A stretch of DNA of 64,000 nucleotides from a bacterium (GCA_004561445.1 SFVX01000001.1:318266-382265), one strand, 5' to 3'; shown: positions 36,030 through 45,495, counted from the stretch's first letter. Notes: a model not told the origin generated them from the letters alone. Made by a program: numbers and translations.

Positions 36030-38803
36030 AGGATATAGTTCCTTTTATCGGTGAAAAAGTTAGGTATATTAGCGAGAATATATGCATCTGGTGATATATT
36101 TTTGGTGTTAAGATGGAAATTCTTTGGAGAGAAGTTTTCATTATGGAAGGCAAAAAGACCTTCGGTGGAATAATTGGCGAGATAGTTGGCGTATTTGGTA
36201 ACTTCGAGCAAGAACGCGATATCTTCTTTGGTTTGGCCGCTGATGCGAGCAAGCGTTCCTTCGAGGCTATAGTCGGTAGGATGTTCTTGTTCGTATTTTG
36301 CTTCATATGCAAGAATTGGGTTTGAGAATGTCTCTTCGGTGTCGGCCGTCGTAGCTGCTTCGCTATTGGCTTTATCATCCATGGTAGATAGATAACGCAT
36401 ATCTTGAATATAGCGTTGATAGTATTTAAATTCGTTTTCCCAACGTGGATTGTCGGCGGAATTCAGACAAATTTCGCCGGTTGCCCAGGCTTTATTAGCT
36501 TCGTCCTCGGCGGCATTAATAACATCTATAACATCGCCAATGACTGGCATACTGTTTACAACAACGCCGGCGTCAGTTTGAAGCACATTGAGAATGTTGG
36601 CATCTTGAACACCCCAAGGCGATTGACGATTCTTGCAGAAGTTAATAAATTTAGCAAGTTCGGAATTGTCGCGAACGGTTTCGCCGTCGTCTTCGAGATT
36701 AGCAGTAATGATGCGTTCGTAAGTTGAGTCATCTGGCGCGAGGTCATTAGTGGAATAATCTGAAGCGCCAATAGCTAAGCCATTCATATCGCAAACGGCA
36801 CCTTCTAAGTTGTCGCAATCTTTGTAGACGCTAGAATACATGAGTTCTTGATCGGCAGCGCTGGCGGCAGGAGATAGACTGGCGAGAGAACTTCTAATAA
36901 TATTACTCATACTAGTGAGACTGAGGGCGATGTTGTTAGCATGAGCCATAATGGCAAACTTTGAGAGGAGAGACCCCATAAAGGTATTAGTGCTAGTAAT
37001 ATCGAATGGACTACGATTTAGGCGATCGAGCTCAGCTTCATTAGTGTTTGCGATGACAATGTTGCGGTTTTGCTCTTTGACGCGCTCTTCGGAAGCTGGC
37101 ATATAAGCACTACCGTTTTGAGCAATTTCCCCGTTACTAATTGCGGCGCCTTGGAAAAAGAGATTGCCAGCTGGGACGCCTGTGTAGGATTCGAAGATGT
37201 TGGAAGCGAAAATTTTGGCAACATAAGGAATGATAGCATTAACGATAGCACCGACGGCTACTGACATAACGATGCCACCAACAGTCTGCATAAGAGCGCC
37301 GACGGCGATAGTAGCGAGACTGCCACCAGGAACGGCATTGGCTGCAAGCGAAACGATAGCACTAGAGGCCATGACGCCAGAACAAACGGAAGTAGTGACG
37401 CCAGTGCTTACAGCGATAGTTGTAGCGGCGCGAGTAATGTTATTGATGGAGTATGGTGCAATTTCTTTGTCGGTGGAGCGAGTTTGGCCAAGTACAAGCT
37501 TGGCGTTGGCAGATTCGAGTGCGGAGCCAGTAACGTCTTCTGAAATTGCATTGCCGTCATTATCGATATAATCGACTTTAGTGGTGGTTTGGCCGGTAAG
37601 GAAATTTAGAGTCTCGTTGATGGCAGCGGCGTCACCTTCTCCACTCATAGCTTTACTGACTGGCTCCATGAGACTTAAGAAGTAGGCGCCAGCTTTGACG
37701 ATTTGAACGGCAGAGACGGTGACTGCGGCGATATTAGCGACACGAAGTGCGGAACAGACTGGAACGCCAACAGAAGAAACTTTGCTGGCGATACCGTTTA
37801 CGAAAGAGCGAGCTTTAGCTTCGGGTGTGTCGCCGGAAACGTTTTTATTGTCGAGGTCGTCGCCGTTTTTGGTGGTTTTTTCTTCGCCGGTTTCTTCATC
37901 TTGCTCATGGCGGGCGGTGTTTACCTTAGTGTCGGCGCCAGTAACGCGATCGGAAACAGTTTTTTCAAAATTCTCGGTGTCTGTGTCGGTGTCGCCGGTG
38001 GATTTGAAATCGTCAAAAATATCGCGAGTATGGCCGTGACTTTCGTAATATTTGGAAGCGGATTTATCAAAGAAGCCAGCGATACGCCCGCGTTTGGCGC
38101 TATAGTAGGCGTCGCGAAAATTAGCATCAGAGGCAAATTTATCGGAGAAGGAATTGGCGTCGATAATTTCGTCATTATATTTTAGAACAGTTTTACTAGT
38201 AGAGAGAGTTTGGTCGGTTTTGAAAACGCCGTCGGAATCGATATAGCCGACATCGATACCTTTACTACTAAGACGCTTTTTAAGATAAGGTGAAAAAGTG
38301 CGGTATTTTTTGGTAAAATTACTGATTTTGACTTGTCCGTCGCCATCCATGAGATATTTAAAAAGGCGAGGGTTACGCATGGAATAGCTAGTAAATTGAA
38401 GATCGGTGTTCTTGGTAATAAGCGCAGAAAGATGCGGTCCAAGCATGCTTTGGGCGGCATAAAAGAAGAACCCGCCGCCAAAGATTAAGCCAGTAATAAG
38501 TGTGAGCGGAGCGGCTTTTTTGAATTTATTGGATTTCTTGCCGTTTTGCCCTGCTTTGCGAACGCCTTTAACGGAATTTCTAAAAGTGTTTCTTGAGGTT
38601 GTGTTTTCTTCAGATTTTTTAAGCTTGGAGGTGGCGCTAATTTCGCGAGCGGTTTTGATGCGAGAAGAAAGAGAGTCTTTGGAGGTGGCGATTTTTTCGG
38701 CATCAGAAAGATTTTGCCTAGCGATATTCTTCGGGCGAATTTCGGCACCTTCCATTTGATTATATGGATCGTGACTGCTGCGATAGCGGTGTTTTGAGTC
38801 CAT
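36026..38803 (-). CDS. large polytopic membrane protein of unknown function, T4SS-locus associated
   Basis: 925 aa: basic N-terminus, a TM, a roughly 200-aa ectodomain, a Gly/Ala/Val-rich TM cluster and a roughly 400-aa C-terminal domain. ATGA overlap with the hydrolase gene. Confidence 0.55.
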   Translation of the reverse strand: MDSKHRYRSSHDPYNQMEGAEIRPKNIARQNLSDAEKIATSKDSLSSRIKTAREISATSKLKKSEENTTSRNTFRNSVKGVRKAGQNGKKSNKFKKAAPLTLITGLIFGGGFFFYAAQSMLGPHLSALITKNTDLQFTSYSMRNPRLFKYLMDGDGQVKISNFTKKYRTFSPYLKKRLSSKGIDVGYIDSDGVFKTDQTLSTSKTVLKYNDEIIDANSFSDKFASDANFRDAYYSAKRGRIAGFFDKSASKYYESHGHTRDIFDDFKSTGDTDTDTENFEKTVSDRVTGADTKVNTARHEQDEETGEEKTTKNGDDLDNKNVSGDTPEAKARSFVNGIASKVSSVGVPVCSALRVANIAAVTVSAVQIVKAGAYFLSLMEPVSKAMSGEGDAAAINETLNFLTGQTTTKVDYIDNDGNAISEDVTGSALESANAKLVLGQTRSTDKEIAPYSINNITRAATTIAVSTGVTTSVCSGVMASSAIVSLAANAVPGGSLATIAVGALMQTVGGIVMSVAVGAIVNAIIPYVAKIFASNIFESYTGVPAGNLFFQGAAISNGEIAQNGSAYMPASEERVKEQNRNIVIANTNEAELDRLNRSPFDITSTNTFMGSLLSKFAIMAHANNIALSLTSMSNIIRSSLASLSPAASAADQELMYSSVYKDCDNLEGAVCDMNGLAIGASDYSTNDLAPDDSTYERIITANLEDDGETVRDNSELAKFINFCKNRQSPWGVQDANILNVLQTDAGVVVNSMPVIGDVIDVINAAEDEANKAWATGEICLNSADNPRWENEFKYYQRYIQDMRYLSTMDDKANSEAATTADTEETFSNPILAYEAKYEQEHPTDYSLEGTLARISGQTKEDIAFLLEVTKYANYLANYSTEGLFAFHNENFSPKNFHLNTKNISPDAYILANIPNFFTDKRNYIL

Positions 38804-38813
38804 AGATGTCTTT

Positions 38814-38822
38814 ATTTTACCA
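38814..38822 (-). promoter_or_regulatory. extended -10 TGgTAAAAT, 10 nt upstream of ATG 38803
   Basis: Read on the - strand; follows the hairpin downstream of virB4; no SD. Confidence 0.45.
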
Positions 38823-38848
38823 TATTTTAGCTTAAAAGTCGAATGCGT

Positions 38849-38879
38849 AAAAATACCGGCTAGGTGTTTTTAGCCGGTA
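38849..38879 (-). terminator. terminator-like hairpin between virB4 and the 925-aa gene
   Basis: Stem taccggcta/tagccggta followed by TTTTT on the - strand. Confidence 0.5.
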
Positions 38880-38886
38880 CTTTAAG

Positions 38887-40689
38887 CTATCTTTTATTTG
38901 AGACTGGATTGGTTGTGATGAGACTTTCTTCGGTGTCGGAAGCCACGATTTGAATGTGGACATGGTTTTGACCAGCAAAGAAGAGGCCTTGTCCAACTGG
39001 GAAGTTAGAAAGACGTTTGCGCTCCTCGTCAGTGAGCTTGAAGACATCAGATAGAACATCAACGGCGGAAGCAGATTGTTTAAGGAGTAATTGCATGGAA
39101 GAGTTTGCAACGATAGCGCGTCCCATTTTGCTACTCATAAAGTCCTCAACATCCTGCGTAATGGTAGTAAGACCGAGGTAGTATTTACGAGCGCGCTTGG
39201 CGAGGCTGAAGAGGAACTTGGCGGAATCTTCGTATTGCATGAGCTGCCAGGCCTCATCAACAATGAGGAGGCGAGGTTTCTTTTGAGCACGAGTAATGTT
39301 CCAAATATGGTTCAGGACGATATACATAGCCACTGGACGAAGTTCATCTTCGAGGTCGCGAATATTAAAGACGACCATTTGGTTGTTGATATCTATATTG
39401 CTCTGCTGGGAAAAGATACCAGCAAAAGTACCAGTAGTATATTTACGTAAACGCTGTGCAAGAGATGGACCGGTGCCACCCATATGAAGCAAAGTATCGA
39501 AAAGATTCATGATGGTTGGTGGAGTGGCGTTGTGAGTAAGTGGATCGTTAGTAATACCGGCACGAGCGTAAGTGTCGATGAGGGCCTGATCAAGATCCGC
39601 TTCTTCGTTTGGACTTAAAGCTGCAGCGGCGCCGCCGAGCATGAGACGGAAAAGACCGTGAAGAGTGGCGAGATTGGCACGCAAGGCGTCATTAGCTTCT
39701 TCTGGATCAACGACTTTTGGCAGGTCGAAAGGATTAATACGGACGTCGGAGCTAAGACTGAGACGAACATAAGCGCCACCAACGGCGTCGGCAAGTTTTT
39801 GATACTCATTTTCTGGGTCGATAATAAGAATTTCGGTGCCGAGCATCATAGAACGCAAGGCTTCGAGCTTGACGGTGAAAGATTTACCAGAACCAGATTT
39901 CGCGAAGACAACCATGTTGGCGTTTTCGAGCGAGAAACGATCAAAAATAACGAGGCCATTATTGTGCATATTAATGCCGTAGAGAATACCTTTTTCCTGC
40001 GTGAGGTCGGCGGAGGTGAATGGAAAACTGGTAGAAATAGCGCCAGTATTCATATTGCGGCGGATTTGGAGTTGGTCGGTACACTGAGGCATAGTAGAAT
40101 TCATGCCCTGCTCTTGCTGCGAAGTAGCGACTTTTGAGAAGACCATTTGCTGACCGAAGATATTTTCGATTTTGTGCTGAACAAACTGAAGTTCATCGAG
40201 CGAATCGGCGTAGATTGTAACGTAGAGGCCATAACGGAAGAATTTTTCGGCACCGACTTGGAGTTGATCGCGAAGGTCTTCAGCATCGGAAATAGCAGCT
40301 TCGAGCTCTGGATCACGAACTTTTCCCTTTTCGGAGTTGACGGACATGCTAGCTTCGAGCTGAGTCACCTTCTTGGTGAGGTTTTTCATGATGATACCAG
40401 TATCAACTGGATAGATGTACATGGAAATATCGAGAACTTCATCGATATTAATGATGGAGCTTAGCCAGCCAGTATAAAGCATACGAGGATAGCCGTAGAC
40501 ATAAATCGTACGGCCGTATTTGGTGCCAAGGCGGAAATAGTCGGAATTAATTTCGATAGATGAAGGCGAAATAAGGTCGCGAAGTGTAGTAATACCGGTT
40601 TCAAATGCTTTTTGAATTTCGACTTCTTCTTGAAGCTGGGATTGCGCGGCGATGTCGGCGGCGCTGAGTTGTTGATTTTTCTTGGCCAT
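38887..40689 (-). CDS. virB4: VirB4-family type IV secretion ATPase (Gram-positive-type, 600 aa)
   Basis: Walker A FAKSGSGKSF and Walker B LLIVDEAWQL. The N-terminal ...YGRTIYVYGYPRMLYTGWL... resembles TcpF/PrgJ/ConE-type VirB4. Confidence 0.85.
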   Translation of the reverse strand: MAKKNQQLSAADIAAQSQLQEEVEIQKAFETGITTLRDLISPSSIEINSDYFRLGTKYGRTIYVYGYPRMLYTGWLSSIINIDEVLDISMYIYPVDTGIIMKNLTKKVTQLEASMSVNSEKGKVRDPELEAAISDAEDLRDQLQVGAEKFFRYGLYVTIYADSLDELQFVQHKIENIFGQQMVFSKVATSQQEQGMNSTMPQCTDQLQIRRNMNTGAISTSFPFTSADLTQEKGILYGINMHNNGLVIFDRFSLENANMVVFAKSGSGKSFTVKLEALRSMMLGTEILIIDPENEYQKLADAVGGAYVRLSLSSDVRINPFDLPKVVDPEEANDALRANLATLHGLFRLMLGGAAAALSPNEEADLDQALIDTYARAGITNDPLTHNATPPTIMNLFDTLLHMGGTGPSLAQRLRKYTTGTFAGIFSQQSNIDINNQMVVFNIRDLEDELRPVAMYIVLNHIWNITRAQKKPRLLIVDEAWQLMQYEDSAKFLFSLAKRARKYYLGLTTITQDVEDFMSSKMGRAIVANSSMQLLLKQSASAVDVLSDVFKLTDEERKRLSNFPVGQGLFFAGQNHVHIQIVASDTEESLITTNPVSNKR

Positions 40690-40692
40690 AAA

Positions 40693-41532
40693 TTACTCCT
40701 CCATTCCTTTCTCGCCTTTTTTAACGTAGAGGTGGGCGAGTTTATTGAAGTCGCCGAGTGGTTCACGGACGGCAGTGTCTGGGTTATTAAAGTTGTAGTA
40801 GAGAGTGCTAAGTTCGCGAGTATTGAGACGAACAGCATGGATGCCCATCTGGAAGAGACCAGAGACGACGGTTTCGACGCGGTTATTGACTTCGGTGACG
40901 GCCTTATCGTAAGTAGCGCGGTCGATGCGGGTGATGCCTGGACCTTTGTTCTTACCGACAGCGGCAAAGAAATTCTTATTCTGCTCGACGGCTTGTTCGG
41001 CTTCCTTTGAGGTGTAATACGGAATTATGATAAAGAAAGATTTATCCATAATGTTGGCTTCTTGAGAGAGAATGTCGATGAAGTTGATGTAATCATCCAT
41101 GAGAACACCAAGAAGCATATTGTCGTTATTGCGGCGAAGCTCGGAAAGGCGATCGATGTATGGGCCAATATCAACGCGCTGAGAGCGGATAAGAATCTGA
41201 GTGGCAAAAGTGAGGGAGTTGAGGAAGTTTTGGTAAGAATACTCGACGCCTTCGCGTTCGGCTTCAGACATAAGATCGAAGTTGATGGATTTACAGGCAA
41301 CTACGGCGCGGAAAGAACCATCTTTCATAATAACCATAGAATCGCGAAGCTCTGAGATTAAAAGCGTGCCCTGAGTAGAATTTGGGTTTTGTGGAACTGG
41401 CGCTGGTGCGGCTGGGGCTTGCGATGAAATAGTTTGCCCTGGTATTGGCGCTGCGCCAGGTGTTGGCGTGGCGCCATTCATAGGCATGCCGGTTTGTGGA
41501 TATTGATTTGGATAGGCTTGGTTTGGCTGCAT
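40693..41532 (-). CDS. hypothetical T4SS accessory protein (P/Q-rich N-terminus; possible VirB4/TraC N-terminal-like domain)
   Basis: 279 aa, 3 nt upstream of virB4. ...KDGSFRAVVACKSINFDLMSEAEREGVEYSYQNFLNSLTFATQILIRSQRVDI... pattern. Confidence 0.5.
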   Translation of the reverse strand: MQPNQAYPNQYPQTGMPMNGATPTPGAAPIPGQTISSQAPAAPAPVPQNPNSTQGTLLISELRDSMVIMKDGSFRAVVACKSINFDLMSEAEREGVEYSYQNFLNSLTFATQILIRSQRVDIGPYIDRLSELRRNNDNMLLGVLMDDYINFIDILSQEANIMDKSFFIIIPYYTSKEAEQAVEQNKNFFAAVGKNKGPGITRIDRATYDKAVTEVNNRVETVVSGLFQMGIHAVRLNTRELSTLYYNFNNPDTAVREPLGDFNKLAHLYVKKGEKGMEE

Positions 41533-41541
41533 ATTTGTTCC

Positions 41542-42609
41542 TTAATGTAATGAAATGTATACTTCCCCGTCGTTCTTTTTGTTGATACGTTTAGCTTGTT
41601 GAGCGATAGTTTCAATTGAGAAATCTGAATTGTTGGCGAGATCGATAATGTCCTGGCTTGGTTCAGATTTTGGCTCTGGCGTAGGTTCTGGAGCTGGTTT
41701 TTGGGGTATTTCTTCGGCGATAGGCTGAACAACTACAGAATTGATCTGAGATGTTTCTGGCTCTTGTGGCTCAGTAACTGGAGTTGGTAGTGGTGGTGCA
41801 ACTGGCTGGATTGGCGCAGGATTAATTGGAGCAGAAGTTGGAACGCTGCCTGGAGTTGGTAGATTTGCAGTTGGCGTAAGGTTTGGCGAAAATGGCGCAA
41901 CTGGTGTAGCGGAAAATTGGCCAGGCGCGACAGTGACTTGGCTTGCGGAAGTGATATTTGGCCGAGCGGACTCCGGCTCATTGAATTTATTAATAGTAGC
42001 ACCAGCGGTGCTGAGTGAACGAGAATTATCGATAGCTTGGCGCATCTGAGCGACGAGTTCGTCATGGCGACTATCGGTGTTGTTTTGAAGAGTTTGGGAG
42101 ATATTGTAGCTTTGTGGAGTCTCAAAAATATCTTGAACAGTGCTAGCTTCGGCGTTGATTTCGTCGCTGAGTTGGTTGGTTACGTTGCCCTTAATGGCAT
42201 AACCTTCGGTATCAACAATGTCGGCAAGGAAAGAGAGGCGACGGGAGGCTTCTTCTTCGTTAAGGTTCTTAGTACGGTTTTCTTCAACTTTTTTAGGAGC
42301 GGTAATGACGATAGTGGATTCGGGCTCGCCTGGTTCCCAGAGGCGCTTGTGAGGCTTAGTGTAGTAGGAGATAACAGCGGCGAGATAAGTTTCCATAGGC
42401 TGGTCTTTTTTGAGCGGTAAGGCGAGTATCATCAAAAAGATAATAAAAGGTACTGGAATAATAACTAGAACTGGAAAGATTTTGAAAAGCAAAAAAGCTA
42501 CACCCGCGAGTGCGAAGGCTATCAAAAGGTATATGAACTGACGAAAAGTGAACGGTCCGAGGAGTTTATCTTCTGCCTCGACGTCCTGAGGTACCTTATA
42601 CTGAGCCAT
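41542..42609 (-). CDS. PrgI-family (VirB3-like) membrane protein with long Pro-rich C-terminal extension
   Basis: N-terminus YKVPQDVEAEDKLLGPFTFRQFIYLL followed by two TM helices; about 260 extra residues rich in P/T/Q. Confidence 0.6.
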   Translation of the reverse strand: MAQYKVPQDVEAEDKLLGPFTFRQFIYLLIAFALAGVAFLLFKIFPVLVIIPVPFIIFLMILALPLKKDQPMETYLAAVISYYTKPHKRLWEPGEPESTIVITAPKKVEENRTKNLNEEEASRRLSFLADIVDTEGYAIKGNVTNQLSDEINAEASTVQDIFETPQSYNISQTLQNNTDSRHDELVAQMRQAIDNSRSLSTAGATINKFNEPESARPNITSASQVTVAPGQFSATPVAPFSPNLTPTANLPTPGSVPTSAPINPAPIQPVAPPLPTPVTEPQEPETSQINSVVVQPIAEEIPQKPAPEPTPEPKSEPSQDIIDLANNSDFSIETIAQQAKRINKKNDGEVYISLH

Positions 42610-42618
42610 ATATTATTT

Positions 42619-42627
42619 ATAATAGCA
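42619..42627 (-). promoter_or_regulatory. extended -10 TGcTATTAT, 9 nt upstream of ATG 42609
   Basis: Read on the - strand in the 67-nt gap after the VirB6-like gene; no SD. Confidence 0.45.
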
Positions 42628-42676
42628 TAATCGCCATTTATTTTTAACTCAGTATAAGGCTGTAGTTGGATAATAA

Positions 42677-45373
42677 TTAGTCGAGGTCGATGCCGAGCAT
42701 CTTGCGGACTTCTGGGTTCATAGTAGCACGCTGCGAGGTTGCAGATTGCTTGTTGAGGGCGGTGCGCTGGTGTTCGAAGATCTCATAGAATTCGCGACTG
42801 ACGACAGAACCTTCGGCGGTCGTAACGGTATCGCCAGGATTAACATACTGCAAGAATCCATCAAGAGCTTTCATAGTGCCACTCTTTGAGGTAACGAGCT
42901 GACCAGCTGACATATCTTTGAGATAGCTAATAACGTTGTCTTTAATAGCGTCACGGTTGTTATTAAAGAATGCAATCTCTTGAGCATTAGCGGTGCCAGC
43001 TTGGATTTTATCTAAACCACCAGTGAGTAAGGAGTTGATAGTAGCAAGTGTTTCACCATCGACGGTACCGGAAGCGGCAGTTGAGCGGATCTGTTTCATG
43101 GATAGACCAAGGTTGTGTGGATCGCTAATAAGACCCTGGACGCGAAGATCTTGGATAGATTTCCAGAAGGTGCGGTCTTGGGTTTTACCAATGCCTGGAT
43201 CACCGATGTTTGGAATAAGCGTATCGATTCTTACTTTCGCAGCGGCGTTAGCGTCAATATCGCCAGCGAGTGGGGTGCCTTTAATATAGTCGGAAAGATT
43301 GACGTAGGCTTCGATACTTTTCCCTGCTCCGTTCATACCACGGCGCATCATTAAGGCTTTACTCCATGACCATAGCAAGGCGTCGTCTTTCTTCATAGTA
43401 ATAAGAGTATCGGCGAGTTGCTTTTGGACGCGAATATCGTTGGAAATATCGCCAGAGTGTTTGACGAGGACATTTGTAATAGCATCGTAGTCGCCGCGTT
43501 TTGCCATAACTTCGACGGCGGCGGTCATAGAGTTGTAATCTTTAGTCTGGAAGGATTTTTCGAGGTTTTTGCTAATTTCTGGACCAGCAAGCATATCGTT
43601 GTAAAGCTCGGAGTACATACTCTTACTCTCAGCGTCGGCTTTGCGTTTGGCGGCAATGGCATCAGAAAGTACAGCGTTCATGGCGCGGCTAGTAGTGTTT
43701 TGATAGGCCTCACGCTGAGCGTCGGTCATATTAGCGACGGCCGCAGCATCTTGATGTTGATAGTTGAAGCTCTTTGCGACTTGGCGACTAAGTTCAGAGT
43801 CGGCATCTTGGAGACCGGTTTGAATGGTATCGGCGCGACGTTTGAGGTTTTCCATATTAACGACACGCTGGCGACTGGCGTTGATGGCGCTTTGAGCGAT
43901 AGCTTTACTATAACCAGCATTTATGGCATCTACGCGAGCTGCATCGCGAGAGCGGATGTGCGCAGTATCATTTTTGTCGTAACCTTCATCCATGTCGGTA
44001 TTGAATTTAGTAATTATCTCTCCAGCGTTCATGCGAAGTTGAGCGTTGTTGTAGTAGCGCAAACCACGATTATTGAGCTGACCTTTGGAATTGTAGTGGC
44101 TTTGACGATGTTTGGCATTTGCTCTATCGTCGGCGGTTTTCTGCGCATCAGCAAGATCATTGGCGCGGTTAACATTGCGCTGATTGAGATATTGAGCGAG
44201 GCGGGTGCTTGGGCGGTAGCTAGTGCTACTAAGCTGGCGAGCCTTGGCAAGACGACGATTTTCAGCGGAAATACCACGAAGGCGAGTATCGGCTGGTCTG
44301 GCGGCACGGTGGACCATGCCGTCAATGCGGCCAAGGACGGTACCGCTCATACGTAGTAGCGGAATAGACATAAATAGAGGTAGGACCATAACGGCAACGC
44401 CAAGAACGACGCCAAGCCAGTTGGTGGCAGAAGTAATCATAACAAGGCCGGCGAGATTAGAAGCGCCGTAAAGGATGCTAAACATTGGATAAAAGACTAA
44501 CATGCTAATAAAAAGGCTAGTCCATTTTTTGAACCATTTCTCGGTGTTTGGCAAGAGATAGGCGACGAATGCGAGTGGCGAGATCATGACGAGTAAAAGA
44601 ATGAGGGCTTGACGAGCAGCCATAGTGATGAGTGCAGAAATAATGGCGAGTGCGCCAGATAGAATAATAGGAATAAGTAGCCAAATAAGACCGGTGAAGC
44701 CACCGGTGATAGCGAGTGCACCAATAGTGCCAGCTGTGCCGATACCGAGAATCGTAGCGACGATTCCAGCGACGGATGTGCTAGCAGCGGCATCACTGAC
44801 GGAGCCGTTAGCAAGTGCATTTTCGCCGATAGCATCAAAGATAGATCTAAAACCGCCACCCACGATGTTACTGAGATCGACGGCAATAGCACAAATAATA
44901 TAGCTTAGATTGAGAAGGATAGCGGCAATAATAAGTCGCGGGAGCATGCGCTTGATACCGTAATTACTAATCCCCACCCCAGTCATCTGGGAGTAGATAA
45001 TGATAATAAAGACGATAATGAAAGCAATGTTGGCGAGATTACGGAGATATTCCCAGACAACATGAATTGGGGCGTCCTGCTCCATCGAAACTGGTTCGAC
45101 ATTAATAAGCTCGTTTAGAATACCATAAGCGCCATCGATGATATTGGCAAGGAAAGAAGTTCCTGGGCAGACAAGCCAGCCAATACCACCAACTTCGTCA
45201 TAACAGGTAGTTTGTTCTTGATTCTCTTCTTCGGTTTGTTCTTCTTCGGAAGTATCAGGAGTGGGATTAGTATCGTTATCTGATGGGACGGCAAAAACTG
45301 GACCGCTGATTAGGAAGAGGCTGAATGCGGCCGCGAGCAGTATTATACCTAAGCGTTTTAGATACTTACCCAT
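42677..45373 (-). CDS. VirB6/TrbL-like polytopic membrane protein with large hydrophilic C-terminal domain
   Basis: Start revised to ATG 45373 (MGKYLKRLG..., signal peptide). The ORF-track TTG start is itself the -35 box. Acidic linker, about 8 TM helices, then a roughly 500-aa soluble domain. Confidence 0.55.
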   Translation of the reverse strand: MGKYLKRLGIILLAAAFSLFLISGPVFAVPSDNDTNPTPDTSEEEQTEEENQEQTTCYDEVGGIGWLVCPGTSFLANIIDGAYGILNELINVEPVSMEQDAPIHVVWEYLRNLANIAFIIVFIIIIYSQMTGVGISNYGIKRMLPRLIIAAILLNLSYIICAIAVDLSNIVGGGFRSIFDAIGENALANGSVSDAAASTSVAGIVATILGIGTAGTIGALAITGGFTGLIWLLIPIILSGALAIISALITMAARQALILLLVMISPLAFVAYLLPNTEKWFKKWTSLFISMLVFYPMFSILYGASNLAGLVMITSATNWLGVVLGVAVMVLPLFMSIPLLRMSGTVLGRIDGMVHRAARPADTRLRGISAENRRLAKARQLSSTSYRPSTRLAQYLNQRNVNRANDLADAQKTADDRANAKHRQSHYNSKGQLNNRGLRYYNNAQLRMNAGEIITKFNTDMDEGYDKNDTAHIRSRDAARVDAINAGYSKAIAQSAINASRQRVVNMENLKRRADTIQTGLQDADSELSRQVAKSFNYQHQDAAAVANMTDAQREAYQNTTSRAMNAVLSDAIAAKRKADAESKSMYSELYNDMLAGPEISKNLEKSFQTKDYNSMTAAVEVMAKRGDYDAITNVLVKHSGDISNDIRVQKQLADTLITMKKDDALLWSWSKALMMRRGMNGAGKSIEAYVNLSDYIKGTPLAGDIDANAAAKVRIDTLIPNIGDPGIGKTQDRTFWKSIQDLRVQGLISDPHNLGLSMKQIRSTAASGTVDGETLATINSLLTGGLDKIQAGTANAQEIAFFNNNRDAIKDNVISYLKDMSAGQLVTSKSGTMKALDGFLQYVNPGDTVTTAEGSVVSREFYEIFEHQRTALNKQSATSQRATMNPEVRKMLGIDLD

Positions 45374-45383
45374 AGCATTTCTA

Positions 45384-45412
45384 ATTATATCACACATAAG
45401 CTTTTTTGTCAA
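45384..45412 (-). promoter_or_regulatory. consensus promoter TTGACA-17-TATAAT, 10 nt upstream of ATG 45373
   Basis: Both hexamers are perfect on the - strand; no SD. Confidence 0.65.
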
Positions 45413-45467
45413 TAATATTTAAGGGGTCAAGGATAGAATGCTTAATATTATATATAATTTTAGGATT

Positions 45468-45495
45468 TTGAGTGAGAGGGTTTCTGTTATATAAT
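45468..45495 (+). promoter_or_regulatory. promoter TTGAGT-16-TATAAT for the pilin operon
   Basis: About 28-nt leader with SD GAGGA. The 7-bp inverted repeat ctgttat/ataacag (45484-45516) spans the -10 box and leader. Confidence 0.5.

Noticed and set aside
45374-45412. Upstream TTG start of the VirB6-like ORF
   Set aside because: The TTG is the first half of a perfect TTGACA -35 hexamer. A TATAAT box and a signal-peptide-encoding ATG follow at 45373.
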